Positions 29,161 through 44,302 of a stretch of 64,000 nucleotides of DNA are shown in pieces; the first letter of the stretch is position 1, and each line of letters opens with the position of its first letter. Where the stretch lies: the NCBI RefSeq assembly GCF_009914755.1, contig NC_060925.1, one strand, 5' to 3'. Source of the DNA: the human T2T-CHM13v2.0 reference genome, Homo sapiens. Under the pieces are notes generated by a model. The model saw only the letters and a program-made list of their open reading frames with translations, had not been told where the DNA came from and ran no database searches. The position numbers were made by a program, and so were the translations under genes.

Positions 29161-32100
29161 TGCATGGAATCATCATAAAATGGAATCGAATGGAATCATC
29201 ATCAAATGGAATCAAATGGAATCATTGAACGGAATTGAATGGAATCGTCATCGAATGAATTGAATGCAATCATCGAATGGTCTCGAATGGAATCATCTTC
29301 AAATGGAATGGAATGGAATCATCGCATAGAATCGAATGGAATTAATATCGAATGGAATCGAATGGTATCAACATCAAACGGAAAATAACGGAATTATCGA
29401 ATGGAATCGAAGAGAATCTTCGAACGTACCCGAATGGAATCATCTAATGGAGTGGAATGGAATAATCCATGGACTCGAATGCAATCATCATCGAATGGAA
29501 TCGAATGGAATCATCGAATGGACTCGAATGGAATAATCATTGAACGGAATCGAATGGAATCATCATCGGATGGAAATGAATGGAATCATCATCGAATGGA
29601 ATCGAATAGAATTATGGAATGAAATCCAGTGTGATCATCATCGAATGGACCCGAATGGAATCATCATCCAACGGAAGCTAATGGAATCAACATCGAATGA
29701 ATCGAATGGAAACACCATCGAATTGAAACGAATGGAATTATCATGAAATTGAAATGGATGGACTCATCATCGAATGGATTCGAATGGAATCATCGAATAA
29801 AATTGATTGAAATTATCATCAAATGGAATCGAATGGTATCATTGAATGGAATCGAATGGAATCATCATCAGATGGAAATGAATGGAATCGTCATAGAATG
29901 GAATCGAATGGATTCATTGAATGGAATCAGATGGAATCATTGAATGGACTGGAATGGAATCATTGAATGGACTCGAAAGGGATCATTATTGAATGGAATT
30001 GAATGGAATCATCGAATGGTCTCGATTGGAATCATTATCAAATGGAATCGAATGGAATCACCGAATAGAATCGAATGGAACAATCATCGAATGGACTCAA
30101 ATGGAATTATCCTCCAATGGAATCGAATGGAATTATCGAATGCAATCGAATGGAATTATCGAATGCAATCGAATAGAATCATCGAATGGACTCGAATGGA
30201 ATCATCGAATGGAATGGAATGGAACAGTCAATGAACTCGAATGGAATCATCATTGAATGGAATCGAATGGAATCATCGAGTGGAATCGAATGGAATTATG
30301 ATCAAATGGAATCGAATGTAATCATCATCAAATGGAATCAAAAATAACCATCATCAATTGGTATTGAATAGAATTGTCATCAAATGGAATTCAAAGGAAA
30401 CATCATCAAATGGAACCGAATGGAATCCTCATTGAATGGAAATGAAAGGGGTCATCATCTAATGGAATCGCATGGAATCATCATCAAATGGAATCGAATG
30501 GAATCATCATCAAATGGAATCTAATGGAATCATTGAACAGAATTTAATGGAATCGTCATCGAATGAATTGAATGCAATCATCGAATGGTCTCGAATGGAA
30601 CCATCTTCTAATGGAAAGGAATGGAATCATCGCATAGAATCGAATGGAATTGTCATCGAATGGAATCGAATGGTATCAACACCAAACGGAAAAAAACGGA
30701 AATATCGAATGGAATCGAAGAGAATCTTCGAACGGACCCGAATGGAATCATCTAATGGAATGGAATGGAATAATCCATGGACTCGAATGCAATCATCATC
30801 GAATGGAATCGAATGGAATCATCGAATGGACTCGAATGGAATAATCATTGAACGGAATCGAATGGAATCATCATCGGATGGAAACGAATGGAATCATCAT
30901 CGAATGGAAATGAAAGGAGTCATCATCTAATGGAATTGCATGGAATCATCATCAAATGGAATCGAATGGAATCAACATCAAATGGAATCAAATGGAATCA
31001 TTGAACGGAATTGAATGGAATCGTCATTGAATGAATTGAATGCAATCATCGAATGGTCTCGAATGGAATCATCTTCAAATGGAATGGAATGGAATCATCG
31101 CATAGAATCGAATGGAATTATCATCGAATGGAATCGAATGGAATCAACATCAAACGGAAAAAAACGGAATTATCGAATGGAATCGAAGAGAATCATCGAA
31201 TGGACCCGAATGGAATCATCTAATGGAATGGAATGGAATAATCCATGGACTCGAATGCAATCATCATCGAATGGAATCGAATGGAATCATCGAATGGACT
31301 CGAATGGAATAATCATTGAACGGAATCGAATGGAATCATCATCGGATGGAAATGAATGGAATCATCATCGAATGGAATCGAATAGAATTATGGAATGAAA
31401 TCCAGTGTGATCATCATCGAATGGACCCGAATGGAATCATCATCCAACGGAAGCTAATGGAATCAACATCGAATGAATCAAATGGAAACACCATCGAATT
31501 GAAACGAATGGAATTACCATGAAATTGAAATGGATGGACTCATCATCAAATGGATTCGAGTGGAATCATCGAATAAAATTGATTGAAATCATCATCGTAT
31601 GGAATCGAATGGTATCATTGAATGGAATCGAATGGAATCATCTTCAGATGGAAATGAAAGGAATCATCATAGAATGGAATCGAATGGATTCATTGAATGG
31701 AATCAGATGGAATCATTGAATGGACTGGAATGGAATCATTGAATGGACTCGAAAGGGATCATTATTGAATGGAATTGAATGGAATCATCGAATGGTCTCG
31801 ATTGGAATCATTATCAAATGGAATCGAATGGAATCACCGAATAGAATCGAATGGAACAATCATCGAATGGACTCAAATGGAATTATCCTCAAATGGAATT
31901 GAATGGAATTATCGAATGCAATCGAATGGAATTATCGAATGCAATCGAATAGAATCATCGAATGGACTCGAATGGAATCATCGAATGGAATGGAATGGAA
32001 CAGTCAATGAACTCGAATGGAATCATCATTGAATGGAATCGAATGGAATCATCGAGTGGAATCGAATGTAATCATCATCAAATGGAATCGAATGTAATCA

Positions 32101-34540
32101 TCATCAAATGGAATCAAAAATAACCATCATCAACTGGTATTGAATGGAATTCTCATCAAATGGAATTCAAAGGAATCATCATCAAATGGAACCGAATGGA
32201 ATCCTCATTGAATGGAAATGAAAGGGGTCATCATCTAATGGAATCGCATGGAATCATCATCAAATGGAATCGAATGGAATCATCATCAAATGGAATCTAA
32301 TGGAATCATTGAAAAGAATTGAATGGAATCGTCATCGAATGAATTGAATGCAATCATCGAATGGTCTCGAATGGAATCATCTTCTAATGGAAAGGAATGG
32401 AATCATCGCATAGAATCGAATGGAATTATCATCGAATGGAATCGAATGGTATCAACACCAAACGGAAAAAAACGGAATTATCGGATGGAATCGAAGAGAA
32501 TCTTCGAACGGACCCGAATGGAATCATCTAATGGAATGAAATGGAATAATCCATGGACTCGAATGCAATCATCATCGAATGGAATCGAATGGAATCATCG
32601 AATGGACTCGAATGGAATAATCATTGAACGGAATCGAATGGAATCATCATCGGATGGAAACGAATGGAATCATCATCGAATGGAAATGAAAGGAGTCATC
32701 ATCTAATGGAATTGCATGGAATCATCATAAAATGGAATCGAATGGAATCAACATCAAATGGAATCAAATGGAATCATTGAACGGAATTGAATGGAATCGT
32801 CATCGAATGAATTGACTGCAATCATCCAATGGTCTCGAATGGAATCATCTTCAAATGGAATGGAATGGAATCATCGCATAGAATCGAATGGAATTATCAT
32901 CGAATGGAATCGAATGGAATCAACATCAAACGGAAAAAAACGGAATTATCGAATGGAATCGAAGAGAATCATCGAATAGACCCGAATGGAATCATCTAAT
33001 GGAATGGAATGGAATAATCCATGGACTCGAATGCAATCATCATCGAATGGAATCGAATGGAATCATCGAATGGACTCGAATGGAATAATCATTGAACGGA
33101 ATCGAATGGAATCATCATCGGATGGAAATGAAAGGAGTCATCATCTAATGGAATTGCATGGAATCATCATAAAATGGAATCGAATTGAATCAACATCAAA
33201 TGGAATCAAATGGAATCATTGAACGGAATTGAATGGAATCGTCATCGAATGAATTGAATGCAATCATCGAATGGTCTCGAATGGAATCATCTTCAAATGG
33301 AATGGAATGGAATCATCGCATAGAATCGAATGGAATTATCATCGAATGGAATCGAATGGAATCAACATCAAACGGAAAAATACGGAATTATCGAATGGAA
33401 TCGAAGAGAATCATCGAATGGACCCGAATGGAATCATCTAATGGAATGGAATGGAATAATCCATGGACTCGAATGCAATCATCATCGAATGGAATCGAAT
33501 GGAATCATCGAATGGACTCGTATGGAATAATCATTGAACGGAATCGAATGGCATCGTCATCGGATGGAAATGAATGGAATCATCATCGAATGGAATCGAA
33601 TAGAATTATGGAATGAAATCCAGTGTGATCATCATCGAATGGACCCGAATGGAATCATCATCCAACGGAAGCTAATGGAATCAACATCGAATGAATCGAA
33701 TGGAAACACCATCGAATTGAAACGAATGGAATTACCATGAAATTGAAATGGATGGACTCATCATCGAATGGATTCGAATGGAATCATCGAATAAAATTGA
33801 TTGAAATCATAATCGAATGGAATCGAATGGTATCATTGAATGGAATCGAATGGAATCATCATCAGATGGAAATGAATGGAATCGTCATAGAATGGAATCG
33901 AATGGATTCATTGAATGGAATCAGATGGAATCATCGAATGGACTGGAATGGAATCATTGAATGGACTCGAAAGGGATCATTATTGAATGGAATTGAATGG
34001 AATCATCGAATGGTCTCGATTGGAATCATTATCAAATGGAATCGAATGGATTCACCGAATAGAATCGAATGGAACAATCATCGAATGGACTCAAATGGAA
34101 TTATCCTCAAATGGAATCGAATGGAATTATCGAATGCAATCGAATGGAATTATCGAATGCAATCGAATAGAATCATCGAATGGACTCGAATGGAATCATC
34201 GAATGGAATGGAATGGAACAGTCAATGAACTCGAATGGAATCATCATTGAATGGAATCGAATGGAATCATCGAGTGGAATCGAATGGAATTATGATCAAA
34301 TGGAATCGACTGTAATCATCATCAAATGGAATCAAAAATAACCATCATCAACTGGTATTGAATGGAATTCTCATCAAATGGAATTCAAAGGAATCATCAT
34401 CAAATGGAACTGAATGGAATCCTCATTGAATGGAAATGAAAGGGGTCATCATCTAATGGAATCGCATGGAATCATCATCAAATGGAATCGAATGGAATCA
34501 TCATCAAATGGAATCTGATGGAATCATTGAACAGAATTGA

Positions 34541-34930
34541 ATGGAATCGTCATTGAATGAATTGAATGCAATCATCGAATGGTCTCGAATGTAATCACAT
34601 TCTAATGGAAAGGAATGGAATCATCGCATAGAATCGAATGGAATTAACATTGAATGGACTCGAATGGAATCAACATCAAACGGAATCAAGCGGAATTATC
34701 GAATGGAATCGAAGAGAATCATCGAATGGACTCGAATGGAATCATCTAATGGAATGGAATGGAATAATCCACGGACTCGAATGCAATCATCATCGTATAG
34801 AATCGAATGGAATCATCGAATGGACTCGAATGGAATAACCATTGAACGGAATCGAATGGAATCATCATCGGATGGAAACGAATGGAATCATCATCGAATG
34901 GAAATGAAAGGAGTCATCATCTAATGGAAT
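34541..34930 (+). repeat. Divergent module variant C, type C2
   Basis: Same C alleles, but with GTAATCACATTCT and AAACGGAATCAAGCGG. Confidence 0.88.
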
Positions 34931-37900
34931 TGCATGGAATCATCATAAAATGGAATCGAATGGAATCATCATCAAATGGAATCAAATGGAAGCATTGAAC
35001 GGAATTGAATGGAATCGTCATCGAATGAATTCAATGCAACCATCGAATGATCTCGAATGGAATCATCTTCAAATGGAATGGAATGGAATCATCGCATAGA
35101 ATCGAATGGAATTATCATCGAATGGAATCGAATGGTATCAACATCAAACGGAAAAAAACGGTATAATCGAATGGAATCAAAGAGAATCTTCGAATGGACC
35201 CGAATGGAATCATCTAATGGAATGGAATGGAATAATCCATGGACACGAATGCAATCATCATCGAATGGAATCGAATGGAATCATCGAATGGACTCGAATG
35301 GAATAATCATTGAACGGAATCGAATGGAATCATCATCGGATGGAAATGAAAGGAGTCATCATCTAATGGAATTGCAAGGAATCATCATAAAATGGAATCG
35401 AATGGAATCATCATCAAATGGAATCAAATGGAATCATTGAACGGAATTGAATGGAATCGTCATCGAATGAATTGAATGCAATCATCGAATGGTCTCGAAT
35501 GGAATCATCTTCAAATGGAATGGAATGGAATCATCGCATAGAATCGAATGGAATTATCATCGAATGGAATCGAATGGAATTAACATCAAACGGAAAAAAA
35601 CGGAATTATCGAATGGAATCGAAGAGAATCATCGAATGGACCCGAATGGAATCATCTAATGGAATGGAATGGAATAATCCATGGACTCGAATGCAATCAT
35701 CATCGAATGGAATCGAATGGAATCATCGAATGGACTCGAATGGAATAATCATTGAACGGAATCGAATGGAATCATCATTGGATGGAAACGAATGGAATCA
35801 TCATCGAATGGAAATGAAAGGAGTCATCATCTAATGGAATTGCATGGAATCATCATAAAATGGAATCGAATGGAATCAACATCAAATGGAATCAAATGGA
35901 ATCATTGAACGGAATTGAATGGAATCGTCATCGAATGAATTGAATGCAATCATCGAATGGTCTCGAATGGAATCATCTTCAAATGGAATGGAATGGAATC
36001 ATCGCATAGAATCGAATGGAATTATCATCGAATGGATTCGAATGGTATCAACATCAAACGGAAAAAAACGGAATTGTCGAATGGAATCAAAGAGAATCTT
36101 CGAACGGATCCGAATGGAATCATCTAATGGAATGGAATGGAATAATCCATGGACTCGAATGCAATCATCATCGAATGGAATCGAATGGAATCATTGAAAG
36201 GACTCGTATGGAATAATCATTGAACGGAATCGAATGGAATCATCATCGGATGGAAATGAATGGAATCATCATCGAATGGAATCGAATAGAATTATGGAAT
36301 GAAATCCAGTGTGATCATCATCGAATGGACCCGAATGGAATCATCATCCAACGGAAGCTAATGGAATCAACATCCAATGAATCGAATGGAAACACCATCG
36401 AATTGAAACGAATGGAATTATCATGAAATTGAAATGGATGGACTCATCATCGAATGGATTCGAATGGAATCATCGAATAAAATTGATTGAAATCATCATC
36501 GAATGGAATCGAATGGTATCATTGAATGGAATCGAATGGAATCATCATCAGATGGAAATGAATGGAATCGTCATAGAATGGAATCGAATGGATTCATTGA
36601 ATGGAATCAGATGGAATCATCGAATGGACTGGAATGGAATCATTGAATGGACTCGAAAGGGATCATTATTGAGTGGAATTGAATGGAATCATCGAATGGT
36701 CTCGATTGGAATCATTATCAAATGGAATCGAATGGAATCACCGAATAGAATCGAATGGAACAATCATCGAATGGACTCAAATGGAATTATCCTCAAATAG
36801 AATCGAATGGAATTATCGAAAGCAATCGAATGGAATTATCAAATGCAATCGAATAGAATCATCGAATGGACTCGAATGGAATCATCGAATGGAATGGAAT
36901 GGAACAGTCAATAAACTCGAATGGAATCATCATTGAATGGAATCGAATGGAATCATCGAGTGGAATCGAATGGAATTATGATCAAATGGAATCGAATGTA
37001 CTCATCATCAAATGGAATCAAAAATAACCATCATCAATTGGTATTGAATGGAATTGTCATCAAATGGAATTCAAAGGAATCATCATCAAATGGAACCGAA
37101 TGGAATCATCATTGAATGGAAATGAAAGGGGTCATCATCCAATGGAATCGCATGGAATCATCATCAAATGGAATCGAATGGAATCATCATCAAATGGAAT
37201 CTAATGGAATCATTGAAAGAATTGAATGGAATCATCATCGAATGAATTGAATGCAATCATCGAATGGTCTCGAATGGAATCATCTTCTAATGGAAAGGAA
37301 TGGAATCATCGCATAGAATCGAATGGAATTATCATCGAATGGAATCGAATGGTATCAACACCAAACGGAAAAAAACGGAATTATCGAATGGAATCGAAGA
37401 GAATCTTCGAACGGACCCGAATGGAATCTTCTAATGGAATGGAATGGAATAATCCATGGACTCGAATGCAATCATCATCGAATGGAATCGAATGGAATCA
37501 TCGAATGGACTCGAATGGAATAATCATTGAACGGAATCGAATGGAATCATCATCGGATGGAAACGAATGGAATCATCATCGAATGGAAATGAAAGGAGTC
37601 ATCATCTAATGGAATTGCATGGAATCATCATCAAATGGAATCGAATGGAATCAACATCAAATGGAATCAAATGGAATCATTGAACGGAATTGAATGGAAT
37701 CATCATCGAATGAATTGAATGCAATCATCGAATGGTCTCGAATGGAATCATCTTCAAATGGAATGGAATGGAATCATCGCATAGAATCGAATGGAATTAT
37801 CATCGAATGGAATCGAATGGAATCAACATCAAACGGAAAAAAACGTAATTATCGAATGGAATCGAAGAGAATCATCGAATGGACCCGAATGGAATCATCT

Positions 37901-40900
37901 AATGGAATGGAATGGAATAATCCATGGACTCGAATGCAATCATCATCGAATGGAATCGAATGGAATCATCGAATGGACTCGAATGGAATAATCATTGAAC
38001 GGAATCGAATGGAATCATCATTGGATGGAAACGAATGGAATCATCATCGAATGGAAATGAAAGGAGTCATCATCTAATGGAATTGCATGGAATCATCATA
38101 AAATGGAATCGAATGGAATCAACATCAAATGGAATCAAATGGAATCATTGAACGGAATTGAATGGAATCGTCATCGAATGAATTGAATGCAATCATCGAA
38201 TGGTCTCGAATGGAATCATCTTCAAATGGAATGGAATGGAATCATCGCATAGAATCGAATGGAATTATCATCGAATGGATTCGAATGGTATCAACATCAA
38301 ACGGAAAAAAACGGAATTATCGAATGGAATCAAAGAGAATCTTCGAACGGACCCGAATGGAATCATCTAATGGAATGGAATGGAATAATCCATGGACTCG
38401 AATGCAATCATCATCGAATGGAATCGAATGGAATCATCGAATGGACTCGAATGGAATAATCATTGAACGGAATCGAATGGAATCATCATCGGATGGAAAT
38501 GAATGGAATCATCATCGAATGGAATCGAATAGAATTATGGAATGAAATCCAGTGTGATCATCATCGAATGGACCCGAATGGAATCATCATCCAACGGAAG
38601 CTAATGGAATCAACATCGAATGAATCAAATGGAAACACCATCGAATTGAAACGAATGGAATTACCATGAAATTGAAATGGATGGACTCATCCTCAAATGG
38701 ATTCGAATGGAATCATCGAATAAAATTGATTGAAATCATCATCGAATGGAATCGAATGGTATCATTGAATGGAATCGAATGGAATCATCATCAGATGGAA
38801 ATGAAAGGAATCGTCATAGAATGGAATCGAATGGATTCATTGAATGGAATCAGATGGAATCATCGAATGGACTGGAATGGAATCATTGAATGGACTCGAA
38901 AGGGATCATTATTGAATGGAATTGAATGGAATCATCGAATGGTCTCGATTGGAATCATTATCAAATGGAATCGAATGGAATCACCAAATAGAATCGAATG
39001 GAATAATCATCGAATGGACTCAAATGGAATTATCCTCAAATGGAATTGAATGGAATTATCGAATGCAATCGAATGGAATTATCGAATGCAATCGAATAGA
39101 ATCATCGAATGGACTCGAATGGAATCATCGAATGGAATGGAATGGAACAGTCAATGAACTCGAATGGAATCATCATTGAATGGAATCGAATGGAATCATC
39201 GAGTGGAATCGAATGTAATCATCATCAAATGGAATCAAAAATAACCATCATCAAATGGAATCAAAAATAACCATCATCAATTGGTATTGAATGGAATTCT
39301 CATCAAATGGAATTCAAAGGAATCATCATTAAATGGAACCGAATGGAATCCTCATTGAATGGAAATGAAAGGGGTCATCATCTAATGGAATCGCATGGAA
39401 TCATCATCAAATGGAATCGAATGGAATCAACATCAAATGGAATCAAATGGAATCATTGAACAGAATTGAATGGAATCGTCATCGAATGAATTGAATGCAA
39501 TCATCGAATGGTCTCGAATGGAATCATCTTCAAATGGAATGGAATGGAATCATCGCATAGAATCGAATGGAATTTTCATCGAATGGAATCGAATGGAATC
39601 AACATCAAACGGAAAAAAACGGAATTATCGAATGGAATCGAAGAGAATCACCGAATGGACCCGAATGGAATCATCTAATGGAATGGAATGGAATAATCCA
39701 TGGACTCGAATGCAATCATCATCGAATGGAATCGAATGGCATCATCGAATGGACTCGAATGGAATAATCATTGAACGGAATCGAATGGAATCATCATCGG
39801 ATGGAAATGAATGGAATCATCATCGAATGGAATCGAATAGAATTATGGAATGAAATCCAGTGTGATCATCATCGAATGGACCCGAATGGAATCATCATCC
39901 AACGGAAGCTAATGGAATCAACATCGAATGAATCAAATGGAAACACCATCGAATTGAAACGAATGGAATTACCATGAAATTGAAATGGATGGACTCATCC
40001 TCAAATGGATTCGAGTGGAATCATCGAATAAAATTGATTGAAATCATCATCGAATGGAATCGAATGGTATCATTGAATGGAATCGAATGGAATCATCATC
40101 AGATGGAAATGAAAGGAATCGTCATAGAATGGAATCGAATGGATTCATGGAATGGAATCAGATGGAATCATTGAATGGACTGGAATGGAATCATTGAATG
40201 GACTCGAAAGGGATCATTATTGAATGGAATTGAATGGAATCATCGAATGGTCTCGATTGGAATCATTATCAAATGGAATCGAATGGAATCACCGAATACA
40301 ATCGAATGGAACAATCATCGAATGGACTCAAATGGAATTATCCTCTAATGGAATTGAATGGAATTATCGAATGCAATCGAATGGAATTATCGAATGCAAT
40401 CGAATAGAATCATCGAATGGACTCGAATGGAATCATCGAATGGAATGGAATGGAACAGTCAATGAACTCGAATGGAATCATCATTGAATGGAATCGAATG
40501 GAATCATCGAGTGGAATCGAATGTAATCATCATCAAATGGAATCAAAAATAACCATCATCAAATGGAATCAAAAATAACCATCATCAATTGGTATTGAAT
40601 GGAATTCTCATCAAATGGAATTCAAAGGAATCATCATCAAATGGAACCGAATGGAATCCTCATTGAATGGAAATGAAAGGGGTCATCATCTAATGGAATC
40701 GCAAGGAATCATCATAAAATGGAATCGAATGGAATCAACATCAAATGGAATCAAATGGAATCATTGAACGGAATTGAATGGAATCGTCATCGAATGAATT
40801 GAAAGCAATCATCGAATGGTCTCGAATGGAATCATCTTCAAATGGAATGGAATGGAATCATCGCATAGAATCGAAAGGAATTATCATCGAATGGAATCGA

Positions 40901-41469
40901 ATGGAATCAACACCAAACGGAAAAAAACGGAATTATCGAATGGAATCGAAGAGAATCATCGAATGGACCCGAATGGAATCATCTAATGGAATGGAATGGA
41001 ATAATCCATGGACTCGAATGCAATCATCATCGAATGGAATCGAATGGAATCATCGAATGGACTCGAATGGAATAATCATTGAACGGAATCGAATGGAATC
41101 ATCATCGGACGGAAATGAATGGAATCATCATCGAATGGAATCGAATAGAATTATGGAATGAAATCCAGTGTGATCATCATCGAATGGACCCGAATGGAAT
41201 CATCATCCAACGGATGCTAATGGAATCAACATCGAATGAATCAAATGGAAACACCATCGAATTGAAACGAATGGAATTACCATGAAATTGAAATGGATGG
41301 ACTCATCATCGAATGGATTCGAAAGGAATCATCGAATAAAATTGATTGAAATCATCATCGAATGGAATCGAATGGTATCATTGAATGGAATCGCATGGAA
41401 TCATCATCAAATGGAATCGAATGGAATCATCATCAAATGGAATCTGATGGAATCATTGAACAGAATTGA

Positions 41470-42084
41470 ATGGAATCGTCATCGAATGAATTGAATGCAA
41501 TCATCGAATGGTCTCGAATGTAATCACATTCTAATGGAAAGGAATGGAATCATCGCATAGAATCGAATGGAATTAACATTGAATGGACTCGAATGGAATC
41601 AACATCAAACGGAATCAAGCGGAATTATCGAATGGAATCGAAGAGAATCATCGAATGGTCTCGAATGGAATCATCTTCTAATGGAAAGGAATGGAATCAT
41701 CGCATAGAATCGAATGGAATTAACATTGAATGGACTCGAATGGAATCAACATCAAATGGAATCAAGCGGAATTATCGAATGAAATCGAAGAGAATCATCG
41801 AATGGACTCGAATGGAATCATCTAATGGAATGGAATGGAATAATCCATGGACTCGAATGCAATCATCATCGAATGGAATCGAATGGAATCATCGAATGGA
41901 CTCGAATGGAATAATAATTGAACGGAATCGAATGGAATCATCATCGGATGGAAACGAATGGAATCATCATCGAATGGAAATGAAAGCAGTCATCATCTAA
42001 TGGAATTGCATGGAATCATCATAAAATGGAATCGAATGGAATCAACATCAAATGGAATCAAATGGAATCATTGAACGGAATTGA
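41470..42084 (+). repeat. 615-bp composite C2/C1 module with 147-bp internal duplication
   Basis: GTCTCGAATG at 41511 and 41658 (147 bp apart); the next module start is 615 bp downstream (468 + 147). Confidence 0.88.
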
Positions 42085-44302
42085 ATGGAATCGTCATCGA
42101 ATGAATTGAATGCAATCATCGAATGGTCTCGAATGGAATCATCTTCAAATGGAAGGGAATGGAATCATCGCATAGAATCGAATGGAATTATCATCGAATG
42201 GAATCGAATGGAATCAACATCAAACGGAAAAAAACGGAATTATCGAATGGAATCGAAGAGAATCATCGAATGGACCCGAATGGAATCATCTAATGGTATG
42301 GAATGGAATAATCCATGGACTCGAATGCAATCATCATCGAATGGAATCGAATGGAATCATCGAATGGACTCGAATGGAATAATCATTGAACGGAATCGAA
42401 TGGAATCATCATCGGATGGAAATGAAAGGAGTCATCATCTAATGGAATTGCATGGAATCATCATAAAATGGAATCGAATGGAATCAACATCAAATGGAAT
42501 CAAATGGAATCATTGAACGGAATTGAATGGAATCGTCATCGAATGAATTGAATGCAATCATCGAATGGTCTCGAATGGAATCATCTTCAAATGGAATGGA
42601 ATGGAATCATCGCATAGAATCGAATGGAATTATCATCGAATGGAATCGAATGGAATCAACATCAAACGGAAAAAAACGGAATTATCGAATGGAATCGAAG
42701 AGAATCATCGAATGGACCCGAATGGAATCATCTAATGGAATGGAATGGAATAATCCATGGACACGAAAGCAATCATCATCGAATGGAATCGAATGGAATC
42801 ATCGAATGGACTCGAATGGAATAATCATTGAACGGAATCGAATGGAATCATCATCGGATGGAAACGAATGGAATCATCATCGAATGGAAATGAAAGGAGT
42901 CATCATCTAATGGAATTGCATGGAATCATCATAAAATGGAATCGAATGGAATCAACATCAAATGGAATCAAATGGAATCATTGAACGGAATTGAATGGAA
43001 TCGTCATCGAATGAATTGAATGCAATCATCGAATGGTCTCGAATGGAATCATCTTCAAATGGAATGGAATGGAATCATCGCATAGAATCGAATGGAATTA
43101 TCATCGAATGGAATCGAATGGAATCAACATCAAACGGAAAAAAACGGAATTATCGAATGGAATCGAAGAGAATCATCGAATGGACCCGAATGGAATCATC
43201 TAATGGAATGGAATGGAATAATCCATGGACTCGAATGGAATCATCATCGAATGGAATCGAATGGAATCATCGAATGGACTCGAATGGAATAATCATTGAA
43301 CGGATTCGAATGGAATCGTCATCGGATGGAAATGAATGGAATCATCATCGAATGGAATCGAATAGAATTATGGAATGAAATCCAGTGTGATCATCATCGA
43401 ATGGACCCGAATGGAATCATCATCCAACGGAAGCTAATGGAATCAACATCGAATGAATCGAATGGAAACACCATCGAATTGAAACGAATGGAATTACCAT
43501 GAAATTGAAATGGATGGACTCATCATCGAATGGATTCGAATGGAATCATCGAATAAAATTGATTGAAATCATCATCGAATGGTATCGAATGGTATCATTG
43601 AATGGAATCGAATGGAATCATCATCAGATGGAAATGAATGGAATCGTCATAGAATGGAATCGAATGGATTCATTGAATGGAATCAGATGGAATCATCGAA
43701 TGGACTGGAATGGAATCATTGAATGGACTCGAAAGGGATCATTATTGAATGGAATTGAATGGAATCATCGAATGGTCTCGATTGGAATCATTATCAAATG
43801 GAATCGAATGGAATCACCGAATAGAATCGAATGGAACAATCATCGAATGGACTCAAATGGAATTATCCTCAAATGCAATCGAATGGAATTATCGAATGCA
43901 ATCGAATGGAATTATCGAATGCAATCGAATAGAATCATCGAATGGACTCGAATGGAATCATCGAATGGAATGGAATGGAACAGTCAATGAACTCGAATGG
44001 AATCATCATTGAATGGAATCGAATCGAATCATCGAGTGGAATCGAATGGAATTATGATCAAATGGAATCGAATGTAATCATCATCAAATGGAATCAAAAA
44101 TAACCATCATCAATTGGTATTGAATGGAATTCTCATCAAATGGAATTCAAAGGAATCATCATCAAATGGAACTGAATGGAATCCTCATTGAATGGAAATG
44201 AAAGGGGTCATCATCTAATGGAATCGCATGGAATCATCATCAAATGGAATCGAATGGAATCATCATCAAATGGAATCTGATGGAATCATTGAACAGAATT
44301 GA

